DNA of 64,000 nucleotides, from positions 96,001 through 160,000 of the forward strand of contig JBBDYC010000017.1 of NCBI GenBank assembly GCA_040901985.1, in the 5' to 3' direction. Below the pieces are notes generated by a model. That model was not told the DNA's origin, searched no databases, and worked only from the letters and a program-made list of their open reading frames with translations. How positions within the stretch are numbered: position 1 is the first letter of the stretch; each line of letters opens with the position of its first letter. Shown here one piece after another: positions 48,386-57,086 of this stretch. Source of the DNA: Gemmatimonadaceae bacterium. GTDB taxonomy: Bacteria > Gemmatimonadota > Gemmatimonadetes > Gemmatimonadales > Gemmatimonadaceae. A program made the position numbers and the translations under genes.

Positions 48386-49392
48386 AAGATGCTCAGGCTG
48401 ACGTAGCGCTTGGGGTTCCGTCGCACGTCCGCAATCAGGCTCCGCAGGTCAATCATCAGCGAGTCGGAATTGTGATAGAGACTCGGGTCGTTGAGCAACA
48501 TCCCGAGCGACCCCTGGCCCCGCTCGACCCGGCTGAAGAGCGAGTCGGCCTTCACGAGCACGGCGCGGACGGAGATCTCGGACCGCTCGAGCGACATCGT
48601 GAGTGAGTTGATGCGCACCGCGGCCTCGCGGATGTTCTGCGCCGCCCGATCGGCCTCGGTGACGATCCGCTGGATTTCGCCACGCGACGTCGCCGAGTCG
48701 ATCCGTCCGATGGACACCTGGAGCGCATTCGCCCCCGCGACAAGGTCGGTCACGCCGGCGTGTACCTGTACCGCCAGCGAGTCCAGGTTGCGCGACTGCG
48801 CGCGGACAGTGCGCGCGAGCTGCTCGGAGACGGTATTGAAGTTGCGGATCGAGACGCGCAGGTCGCGGGCGGCGGTGTCGTCGAACGCGGTTCGCACCCG
48901 CTCGGCCACCGACGCGACATTTCCGGCGATTCCACCGGCCACCGACGTCAGCTGGGCGATATCCGGCAGGACGGCGCCCGGAAGCGCGCCAACCGGGGCT
49001 AACACGGTGTCGTTCAGCTGGAACGCCACCTCCCGGATCGCCGGCGCCGACTCCCGCCGCATGATCACCGCCTGGAACTCGCCGAAGAGCGTCGCCGCCT
49101 GGACCAGCACCACCGGATCCGGCGGCAGCGTGATGCCCTCCTCGAGCGTGAACTCGACCACGACCCAGCCCCCGGGCGCCAGGTCCACCGCCCGCACCCG
49201 TCCGGTCTGCACGCCACGGATCACGACGGCGTTGCCGACCTGCAGGTTGCCGACGTCGCGGAACCGCGCCGTCACCGACTCGCGTTTCCGTCCAAGATCG
49301 GTTTGCTGCAGGAACAGGGTCGCGGCGATGATGACCGCCATCGCGCCGAGCACCACGCCGCCCACGATCCAATCATTTGACCGACTTTTCAT
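48382..49392 (-). CDS. mlaD: MlaD/MCE-family protein
   Basis: N-terminal TM, GNLQVGNAVVIRGVQTGRV, helical tail, and GSLGMLLND..NPKRY. Confidence 0.88.
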   Translation of the reverse strand: MKSRSNDWIVGGVVLGAMAVIIAATLFLQQTDLGRKRESVTARFRDVGNLQVGNAVVIRGVQTGRVRAVDLAPGGWVVVEFTLEEGITLPPDPVVLVQAATLFGEFQAVIMRRESAPAIREVAFQLNDTVLAPVGALPGAVLPDIAQLTSVAGGIAGNVASVAERVRTAFDDTAARDLRVSIRNFNTVSEQLARTVRAQSRNLDSLAVQVHAGVTDLVAGANALQVSIGRIDSATSRGEIQRIVTEADRAAQNIREAAVRINSLTMSLERSEISVRAVLVKADSLFSRVERGQGSLGMLLNDPSLYHNSDSLMIDLRSLIADVRRNPKRYVSLSIF

Positions 49393-50165
49393 GTTGCTCT
49401 CCCGAGAAGCCAGACCATCGCCCAGAACGCATCGAGTACCAGGATCATCACGGCCGACTGGACGACCGCACTCGTCGCGGCGGCCCCCACGCCCTGCGCG
49501 CCACCCCGCGTCTTCAACCCGGCCGAGCAGGCAAGGATCGTCACCACGAACCCGAAGCTCGCCGACTTCACCAGTCCGTACCGCACGTCGAACGAGTCGA
49601 AGAAGAGCCGGGCGCCCTTCATGAACTCCGAAGTGGACAGGTCGAGCAGGTAGAGCGACGCGAACCACCCCGCCCCAAGCCCGATGAACATCGCGACGCC
49701 GACCACCACCGGGAACATCAGGGTCCCGGCAAGCACACGCGGGACCACGAGGTAGGCGATCGGGTCGAACGACAGGGTCTCGAGCGCATCCACCTGCTCG
49801 GTCACCCGCATCGTCCCGATCTCCGCGGCGATGTTCGCGCCGACGCGCCCGGCGAGCGCGAGCCCCGTGAGCACCGGCGCCAGTTCCAGCATCACCGTCT
49901 TCTGCACCAGCGTGCCGACCAGATAGCGCGGCACGGCGCCGGTAAAGCTATAGCTCGCGAGGAGGGCCAGCACGACGCCCGTAAAGAGCGCAATCAGGGC
50001 GCCGATCGGAAGCGAATCCACGCCCAGTTGCCGGGCCTGCTGCGAGAAGTTCGGGACCCAGGTACGCACGTCGCGAAGCGACCGGCCGGCCTCGACGGTG
50101 AGGCGGCCAGCGGCGCCGAGTTGCGCGAGCGCCTCGCGGACTGGGCGTCCGATACTCTCTAGCAC
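49389..50165 (-). CDS. mlaE: MlaE-family ABC permease
   Basis: ELAPVLTGLALAGRVGANIAAEIGTMRVTEQVDAL motif. TATACT-N6-GTG start. Confidence 0.92.
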   Translation of the reverse strand: MLESIGRPVREALAQLGAAGRLTVEAGRSLRDVRTWVPNFSQQARQLGVDSLPIGALIALFTGVVLALLASYSFTGAVPRYLVGTLVQKTVMLELAPVLTGLALAGRVGANIAAEIGTMRVTEQVDALETLSFDPIAYLVVPRVLAGTLMFPVVVGVAMFIGLGAGWFASLYLLDLSTSEFMKGARLFFDSFDVRYGLVKSASFGFVVTILACSAGLKTRGGAQGVGAAATSAVVQSAVMILVLDAFWAMVWLLGRAT

Positions 50166-50299
50166 GCCCGGAGTATACCGCTTTGCCGCACTGCGCCAGT
50201 AGGCCGGGGTGTTATCTTCCCCCACCGCCGACGGCCTTACGCCGACGGCCGTTCGCCGTCGGCCGCTCGCCGTCGGCCCACGCACCGCGAGGATCGCCC

Positions 50300-51541
50300 C
50301 TGGGCAAGCTCGTCGTCCTGATGGTCACCGCGTTCATGGACATGGTGGGGCTCCTCATGGTGCTCCCCCTGCTTCCGTACTATGCGACGCGGTTCGTCGG
50401 CCACGGGCCCCTCTGGCGCGCGCTCGATAGCCTCGGGATGGGGGGCGAGGGCGCGGTAATCGCGCTCCTGGTCTCGTCGTTCGCCGTCGCCCAGCTGATC
50501 AGCGCGCCGGTCTGGGGACGGGTCTCCGACCGCTTCGGCCGGCGACCGGCCCTCCTCGTCGGACTCGCCGCGAGCGGCATCGCCTACATCGTCTTCGCGT
50601 TCGCCGGCAGTCTCGAACTGCTCTTCCTCTCCCGGCTGGTCCAGGGTGCCGGCGGCGGCACGGTGAGCGTGATCCAGGCCTACGTCGCCGACGCCACCGA
50701 ACCGTCGGACCGCGCCAAGGCGCTCGGCTGGCTCTCTGCCGCCACCAATGCGGGGGTCGCGCTGGGCCCGGTGATAGGCTCGTTCGCCGCCCGCGTCAGC
50801 TTCGCCGCCCCCGGGCTCTTTGCGGCTGCGCTCACGATCGTCAACATCGCCTTCGCCTGGAAGTACCTCACCGAATCGAATGTCCACGCCAACGCGAAGA
50901 CGTCGGAGCGGCCGGTGGTCTCGGGGTCACGCGAGACCCTGCGGCGCGTCGTCACGCATCCCGGCCTCCCGGCGAGCCGCCTGATCTGGATCTACGCCAT
51001 CGGGATGGGCGCCTTCCAGGGGATGACCGCGATCCTCGCGCTGTTCCTGTTCGACCGGTTTGCGATTGACGAGACGAGCATCGGCTGGGTGTTCATGTAC
51101 ATCGGCATCCTCTCGGTCGTCGCGCGCGCGCTCCTGCTGGGGCCGGCGGTGGACCGCTTCCGCGAGCCGCGGCTGTCGCGCCTCGGAACCGTCCTCCTCG
51201 CGCTCGGACTCGCGGCGATCCCGTTCTCCCACGACTACTTCACCCTCGCCATCGCAATCGGGCTCATCCCGCTCGGCACTGCCTTCACCTTCCCCTGCGT
51301 CACCGGGATGCTCTCGCAGGTGATCCCCAACCACGAACGCGGCCTGTATATGGGCGTGCAACAGACCTTCGGCGGGCTGGCGCGCGTGATTGGCCCGATC
51401 TGGGCGGGATTCGCCTTCGACTATCTCGGGAAGGGCGTGCCCTTCTTCACCGGCGCGGCGCTCGCCCTCGGGACGATCTTCCTCGGCCTTGGCATCGAGG
51501 CGCATCTCACGCCGCCCAAGCCGCGCCCCGTCGCGGCCTGA
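50300..51541 (+). CDS. MFS transporter (DHA1/TetA-like)
   Basis: GRVSDRFGRRP motif A and about 12 TM segments. The start is uncertain (CTG 50300, ATG 50321 or TTG 50183). Confidence 0.88.
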   Translation: MGKLVVLMVTAFMDMVGLLMVLPLLPYYATRFVGHGPLWRALDSLGMGGEGAVIALLVSSFAVAQLISAPVWGRVSDRFGRRPALLVGLAASGIAYIVFAFAGSLELLFLSRLVQGAGGGTVSVIQAYVADATEPSDRAKALGWLSAATNAGVALGPVIGSFAARVSFAAPGLFAAALTIVNIAFAWKYLTESNVHANAKTSERPVVSGSRETLRRVVTHPGLPASRLIWIYAIGMGAFQGMTAILALFLFDRFAIDETSIGWVFMYIGILSVVARALLLGPAVDRFREPRLSRLGTVLLALGLAAIPFSHDYFTLAIAIGLIPLGTAFTFPCVTGMLSQVIPNHERGLYMGVQQTFGGLARVIGPIWAGFAFDYLGKGVPFFTGAALALGTIFLGLGIEAHLTPPKPRPVAA

Positions 51542-51559
51542 CGCGCGCTCCCGCCGCGC

Positions 51560-54208
51560 CTACGGCGGCGTCAGGCCGGCAGAGAGCAGGTTCACGACGA
51601 GACGCGCCGCGCCCGGCACACCGGCCGGCAACTGCCGGAAGAGTGAGAGCGTGGTGTACACGTAGCGCCCCTGCCCGAGCGTCGCCTCGAGGATCGCGCC
51701 GCGATTCTCCGGCTCGTCGGGGTCGTTCATCCCGAGCGGCGTACGGTAGCGCCCGTCAATCTCGCCCGGCATATAAAGCGCGCGCTCCTGCACCCAGTCG
51801 GCCCAATCGTCGTCGGCGATCCGGTTCGGCCAGCGCAGCAGCCGCGACTGCGGATCGAGCACACGCACCGGCGCGTCCTCGAGCGTCACCCGCGCGGCCG
51901 GGCGCCGCAGACCAACCGGAAAGGGCATCATCCCCGGCTGCGCCATCTCGAACTGCCCGTACTGCACCAGCAGCGTGCCGCCCGAGCGCACCCACTCGAA
52001 GAGCCGCGGATTCGCCGCGCGCAGGTCCGCGCTCGCCTCGTACGCCCGCGGCCCGATGACGACCGTCGTGTACTGCGAGAGGTCGAGGAGCGGGACCTGC
52101 TCGGGACTGAGCAGCGTCACCGGGATGTCGAGCTGGCGGAGGGCGGCCGCCATTGCATCCGAGACCCCGGTCACGTACGCCACGCGCAGGGCGCGCGGCA
52201 CCGTCACCGGTACCGCCTGGAGATACATCGCCGACTGGCGGTAGAGGCGCAGGGGGCGGATGTGCGGATATTCGATCGCCGTGAAGCCCTCCACATACGT
52301 CACGCCGTCGGAGACGGCGCCGATGCCGAACTCGTGGCGTCCGGCGCCCAGCTGCCCGGCCAGCGAAACGTAAATCTCCCGCGCCGCGCCGGCCGCGAGG
52401 ACGAGCGAATCGGGAACGCCGGTGGCGCGGACGCCCGCGGGCAGCAACAGGCGAAAGCGGAGCGTGCGTGGCTGCGTCGTGTGCGATTGCAAGGTCACAC
52501 GGAGCCGTCGGTCGAGCGGCTGGCCGGCGCGTACGTACTCGAGGCCGCGATCGAGCGCGATCGTGATCTGCGGCACGCCGCCGACCGGTCGGTTCTGCTC
52601 ACCGAGCACGGGATCGGCGAAGCGCCGGATCACGCTCCCGCCCTCGGCGACAAACGCAACCCCCGCCACCTCGATCCGGGCGCGCACCGTCGAGACGCGT
52701 CGCGCGTCCTCGGCCAGCGACACGCTCGGCACCAGCTCCGTGGAGACGCCGTACGACACTCGCGACTCGGCGTCGGCCGGTGACCGCGAGTCGGGGAACA
52801 TCCCACCGCCGGCGCGGCCGCCGATCCACCACGGTCGCAGGTCCACGAGCCCAACCACCCAGGCCTGGAGCACCGTGTCGGCGCCGGCGGGGATGATCAC
52901 CGGCTGCGCCGGCTCCCGCGGAGGCGACCCCGTCAGGCGAAGCTCGTGGAGTGTCACCGGATGCGCACCGCGGTTGTAGATGTGGACGCGCACGTTCAGG
53001 GAGTCGCCGAATGCGACGAGTTCCTGTTGCGCCACCGCCTCGATGAGCACGCCGGCCGCCTGCGCGAGCGCGGCGCGGGCGCGACCGTGGAGCCGCTCGA
53101 CCACCGCGTCGAGCGCAATCTCCTCGGCGTCGCAGGTCGGCGGCGGCCTGTTGATGCTCTGATACGTCGTGATCGGCACCAACTCGCAGCGCATCACCGC
53201 GGCCCGGGCTTCCTCCGTGAGCGCCACCACGCGGGCGAGTCCCGGCACAAGCGCCGATGGCCGCCGCAGGTCTGCCGTGCGGCGGAGCGAATCCACCACC
53301 GGCGCCACTGCCGCGAGCATCGCGGCGCGCCCACCGGTGAGCGTGGTGAGTCGCGCAAAGCTCGTGTCAATCCCGTCGAAGAGCGACCGCTCCTCGGTCG
53401 CCGGTGTGGACTCGTTCACCAACGAGAGTTCGCGCGTCAACCGCGTCTGGGCGGCACCGCGCCGCTGCAGCACGCCGAAGCCCTGCGAGCGATGCTGCGA
53501 CCGGCTCTCGCCGGCGATCTCCGCCGGGCTCCGTCCGAGCACCGCGTCGTACGTCCCGACTTCCATCGTCAGCGTCGCCGGCCGGTTCCGGCTCCAGGCA
53601 CCGCGGTAGAACTTCGACGGCCCCCACGGCCGGCCGTGGGTGCTCACCGGAAAACGCACGGTGTCCATCGCCGCTTCGAAGCCGGCGCGCGCAACGATTC
53701 CCGCCGCCTGGTGATGACCGTGCCCGTCCGCCGGCGTGCCGGAGAACACCGAGACGACCACCTGCGGCCGGAAGGCGCGGATCACCCGCACGACGTCGCC
53801 AGTGAGCTGCTCGCGGTCCCAGTGTCGGAAGGTCTCCTCGGCCGACTTGGAGAATCCGAAGTCGTAGGCGCGGGTGAAGAACTGGTGCGCGCCATCCACC
53901 CGCCGCGCCGCCAGCAGTTCCTCGGTGCGAATCGCGCCGAGCGCCTCGCCGAGTTCGTTGCCGATCAGGTTCTGCCCGCCATCGCCGCGGGTGAGCGAGA
54001 GATAGGCGGCGTGTACCTGATGCCCGCGCACCAGTTCGGCGAGCAGTTGGGTGTCCTCGTCGTCCGGATGGGCGCCGACCATCAGGACGCGGCTGGTGAC
54101 CGTCAGGCCGCGGAGGAGTTGGTCCAGCGCCGGTGCGCCACGTTCCTGCCCGGGGGCAAGGCGCGGCGCGAGGACCAACAGCAGGAGGGCGAACGCGCGG
54201 ACGCTCAC
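51560..54208 (-). CDS. Secreted PIG-L/LmbE-family deacetylase, multidomain
   Basis: AHPDDED, TRGDGGQN, HGHH and RSQHRSQGFG motifs. GTGA overlap with sucA. Confidence 0.9.
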   Translation of the reverse strand: MSVRAFALLLLVLAPRLAPGQERGAPALDQLLRGLTVTSRVLMVGAHPDDEDTQLLAELVRGHQVHAAYLSLTRGDGGQNLIGNELGEALGAIRTEELLAARRVDGAHQFFTRAYDFGFSKSAEETFRHWDREQLTGDVVRVIRAFRPQVVVSVFSGTPADGHGHHQAAGIVARAGFEAAMDTVRFPVSTHGRPWGPSKFYRGAWSRNRPATLTMEVGTYDAVLGRSPAEIAGESRSQHRSQGFGVLQRRGAAQTRLTRELSLVNESTPATEERSLFDGIDTSFARLTTLTGGRAAMLAAVAPVVDSLRRTADLRRPSALVPGLARVVALTEEARAAVMRCELVPITTYQSINRPPPTCDAEEIALDAVVERLHGRARAALAQAAGVLIEAVAQQELVAFGDSLNVRVHIYNRGAHPVTLHELRLTGSPPREPAQPVIIPAGADTVLQAWVVGLVDLRPWWIGGRAGGGMFPDSRSPADAESRVSYGVSTELVPSVSLAEDARRVSTVRARIEVAGVAFVAEGGSVIRRFADPVLGEQNRPVGGVPQITIALDRGLEYVRAGQPLDRRLRVTLQSHTTQPRTLRFRLLLPAGVRATGVPDSLVLAAGAAREIYVSLAGQLGAGRHEFGIGAVSDGVTYVEGFTAIEYPHIRPLRLYRQSAMYLQAVPVTVPRALRVAYVTGVSDAMAAALRQLDIPVTLLSPEQVPLLDLSQYTTVVIGPRAYEASADLRAANPRLFEWVRSGGTLLVQYGQFEMAQPGMMPFPVGLRRPAARVTLEDAPVRVLDPQSRLLRWPNRIADDDWADWVQERALYMPGEIDGRYRTPLGMNDPDEPENRGAILEATLGQGRYVYTTLSLFRQLPAGVPGAARLVVNLLSAGLTPP

Positions 54209-57030
54209 CGCGGCGGCGACGCCATTGCTGAGGCACGCCGCGCGCCCGTCTGCCGCACCGGGCCCTGCAGCGCCTCGGCGACGATGCGCGCCTGTTCCTC
54301 GCCGTGCGCGTCGGCAAACCCCTCGGCGGGACTCGCGCGCTCGGGCCGGCCGTAGTAGCGGATGACGAGCGCGTTCCCGGTCGAGACGCGTAGCCGCGGC
54401 GCGACGAAGCTCCAGGCACCCATATTCTTCGGCTCCTCCTGCACCCACGCCACCTCGTCAATCTGCGGATAGAGGTCAACGATCCGCTCAAGTTCCTCGT
54501 GCGGCCACGGATACAGCTCCTCGACGCGCACCACGGCGACGCTCTCGGGGACGCCCGGCGCGATGAGGTCGTAGTAGACCTTGCCGGTGCAGAAGATCAG
54601 GCGCTTCACCTTGTCGCGCTTTTCCGCGCCCGCCGGATCGTCAATCGCCGGACGGAACGTGCCCTGCGAGAGCTCGGCCACCGCCGACGCCGCCTGCGCG
54701 AGCCGGAGCAGCGACTTGGGCTGCATCAACACGAGCGGCCGCCGCCGCTTCAACCGTGCCTGCCGCCGCAGGATGTGAAAGTACTGGGCCGGCGAGCTGG
54801 GATACGCCACCCGCAGGTTCCCCTCCGCGCAGAGCTGGAGGAAGCGTTCGAGTCGGGCGCTCGAATGTTCCGGCCCCTGCCCCTCGTAGCCGTGCGGCAG
54901 GAGCAACACGAGCCCCGAGTCCTGCGCCCATTTCGCGCGGTCGGACGCGATGAACTGGTCAATGATTGGCTGCGCGACATTCCCGAAATCACCGAACTGC
55001 GCTTCCCAGAGCGTCAGCGTGTCCGGTGTTGCCACGCTGAACCCGTACTCGAAGCCAAGCACGGCCATCTCCGAAAGCGGTGAGTTGAAGATCTCGAACC
55101 GGCCAACGGCGCCCGGGAGATGGGCGAGCGGCACGTGCGTCCGGGCGTCCTTCACGTCGTGGAGCACAGCGTGGCGGTGCGAGAAGGTCCCGCGCTCCAC
55201 GTCCTGCCCGGAGATCCGGATGGGCGTCCCCTCGGCGACGATTGACGCGAACGCGAGCTGCTCGGCGTGCCCCCAGTCAATCGCCGGTTCGGCGCCGAGC
55301 GCATCGCGGCGGCGCTCGAGCTGCTTGGCCAGCCGCGGATGCGGCGTGAAGTCGCTCGGGTAGGTCAGCAACGCGGTGTTCCACGCCGCGAGCCGGTCGG
55401 CGGGGACCGCCGTCGCCGCCGTGGACGAGGCTGGCTCGGCCGACGCCGCGGCTGGTGCCGCGGCTATAGTTGCGGCTGCAGTCGCCGCGTGCGGCTCGTC
55501 CGGCGCCGCCTTCGAACGCTCGTACGCCGCCTGGTACCCGGCGGCCACTTCCTTCTCGAGCGCCTCGACCTGCTCGGCAGTGACCACGCCGGCCTTCACG
55601 AGCCGCGCACCCCACACCTGGCGCGCCGTCGGGTGGGCCTTCACCCGCTCATAGAGGCGCGGTTGCGTGTAGGTCGGCTCGTCGCCCTCGTTGTGGCCCC
55701 ATCGCCGGTAGCCGACGAGGTCCACCAGGAAGTCCTTGCCGAACGCCGTGCGGTATGCCACCGCGATCCGCATCGCGATGACGCACCCCTCGGCGTCATC
55801 GGCGTTGACGTGGATGATGGGTGTCTCGAATCCCTTTGCCACGTCGCTCGCGTAGCGCGTCGAACGCGCGTCGGTGGGGTCGGTGGTGAAGCCAATCTGG
55901 TTGTTGGTGATGACGTGGAGCGTGCCGCCGACGCGGTAGCCGCGGAGACGCGAGAGGTTGAACGTCTCGGCAACGACCCCCTCACCGGGGAACGCCGCAT
56001 CGCCGTGGATGCAGATCGGGACGACCGCCTTCTCGTCGCGGACCGACGCGTCCGACGCGTTCCGCTGGCGGGCCCGCACGTTGCCCTGCAGCACCGGGTT
56101 CACCATCTCGAGGTGGCTCGGGTTCGGCATCAGCGAGACGCGCACTTCCCCGCTCGGCGTCGCGTGCGTGCCTTCGAAGCCGAGGTGGTACTTCACGTCA
56201 CCGGTCGACGCCTCCGCGAGATGCCCGTGCCGCCCCTGGAACTCGCCGAGGATCGTCTCGATCGGCTTGTCGAGCACGTGTGCGAGGACGCTGATCCGCC
56301 CGCGGTGCGCCATCGAGATCGCGATTGCCCTGGCGCCCGCGGCGGCGGCCGCGTCAATCGCCGTGTCGAGCATCGGCACGAGTGCGTCGAGTCCCTCGAT
56401 CGAGAAGCGCTTGTAGCCGACGAACGTCCGGCCGAGGAAGCGCTCGAACCCGTCCACCTCGGTCAGTCGCCGCAACACCGCGCGGTTCTCGTCCGCGGTG
56501 AGGGGGCGCGTCAGCTGCTCCTCGGTGAAGAGCCGGCGGAACCACATCCGCTCCTCGTCGCTCCCGATGTGTCCCATCTCGACCGCGAGGTTGGTGCAAT
56601 AGCGCTTGCGAAGGCGTTCGGCGACGTCGCGCGCCGTGGCGAGATGCGGAAAGCCGATTGACGCGCCGCTGACCGTCGCCAGGTCGGCGTCGGTGATCCG
56701 ATGAAACTCCTGCGTCAGCTCACGCGCGCCCGGCGGTGGCGATCCGAGCGGGTCGAGCGGCACCGAGAGGTGGCCGTACGCCCGGATGGCCGAGGTATAG
56801 CGGGCAGCGTTGGCGACGACGCGCGCGTACTCCGCGCTTCCGGCGCCGCCGGCCGTGGCAGGCGCGGCCGGGTCGGCGGAGGCGGCCGGGTCGCGCCCCA
56901 TCACCTGCTCGGCGAATCGGAAGAACTGGCGCCACGACTCCTCTACCGAAGCGGGATTCCGACGATAGGCCTCGAACTGTTCCGCGGCATAGGCGTCGTT
57001 GAAGACGCTCGCGATCGGCTCCTGGGGCAT
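54205..57030 (-). CDS. sucA: 2-oxoglutarate dehydrogenase E1
   Basis: KRFSIEG, MAHRGR, GDVKYHLG, HGDAAFPGEG, WEAQFGDF and GPEHSSAR motifs. Confidence 0.96.
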   Translation of the reverse strand: MPQEPIASVFNDAYAAEQFEAYRRNPASVEESWRQFFRFAEQVMGRDPAASADPAAPATAGGAGSAEYARVVANAARYTSAIRAYGHLSVPLDPLGSPPPGARELTQEFHRITDADLATVSGASIGFPHLATARDVAERLRKRYCTNLAVEMGHIGSDEERMWFRRLFTEEQLTRPLTADENRAVLRRLTEVDGFERFLGRTFVGYKRFSIEGLDALVPMLDTAIDAAAAAGARAIAISMAHRGRISVLAHVLDKPIETILGEFQGRHGHLAEASTGDVKYHLGFEGTHATPSGEVRVSLMPNPSHLEMVNPVLQGNVRARQRNASDASVRDEKAVVPICIHGDAAFPGEGVVAETFNLSRLRGYRVGGTLHVITNNQIGFTTDPTDARSTRYASDVAKGFETPIIHVNADDAEGCVIAMRIAVAYRTAFGKDFLVDLVGYRRWGHNEGDEPTYTQPRLYERVKAHPTARQVWGARLVKAGVVTAEQVEALEKEVAAGYQAAYERSKAAPDEPHAATAAATIAAAPAAASAEPASSTAATAVPADRLAAWNTALLTYPSDFTPHPRLAKQLERRRDALGAEPAIDWGHAEQLAFASIVAEGTPIRISGQDVERGTFSHRHAVLHDVKDARTHVPLAHLPGAVGRFEIFNSPLSEMAVLGFEYGFSVATPDTLTLWEAQFGDFGNVAQPIIDQFIASDRAKWAQDSGLVLLLPHGYEGQGPEHSSARLERFLQLCAEGNLRVAYPSSPAQYFHILRRQARLKRRRPLVLMQPKSLLRLAQAASAVAELSQGTFRPAIDDPAGAEKRDKVKRLIFCTGKVYYDLIAPGVPESVAVVRVEELYPWPHEELERIVDLYPQIDEVAWVQEEPKNMGAWSFVAPRLRVSTGNALVIRYYGRPERASPAEGFADAHGEEQARIVAEALQGPVRQTGARRASAMASPPR

Positions 57031-57086
57031 ATCGGAAATCTAATCGAGCGCCCTCTGCCAGCGGCCGTCCGCCGCGCGGCGCGCCG

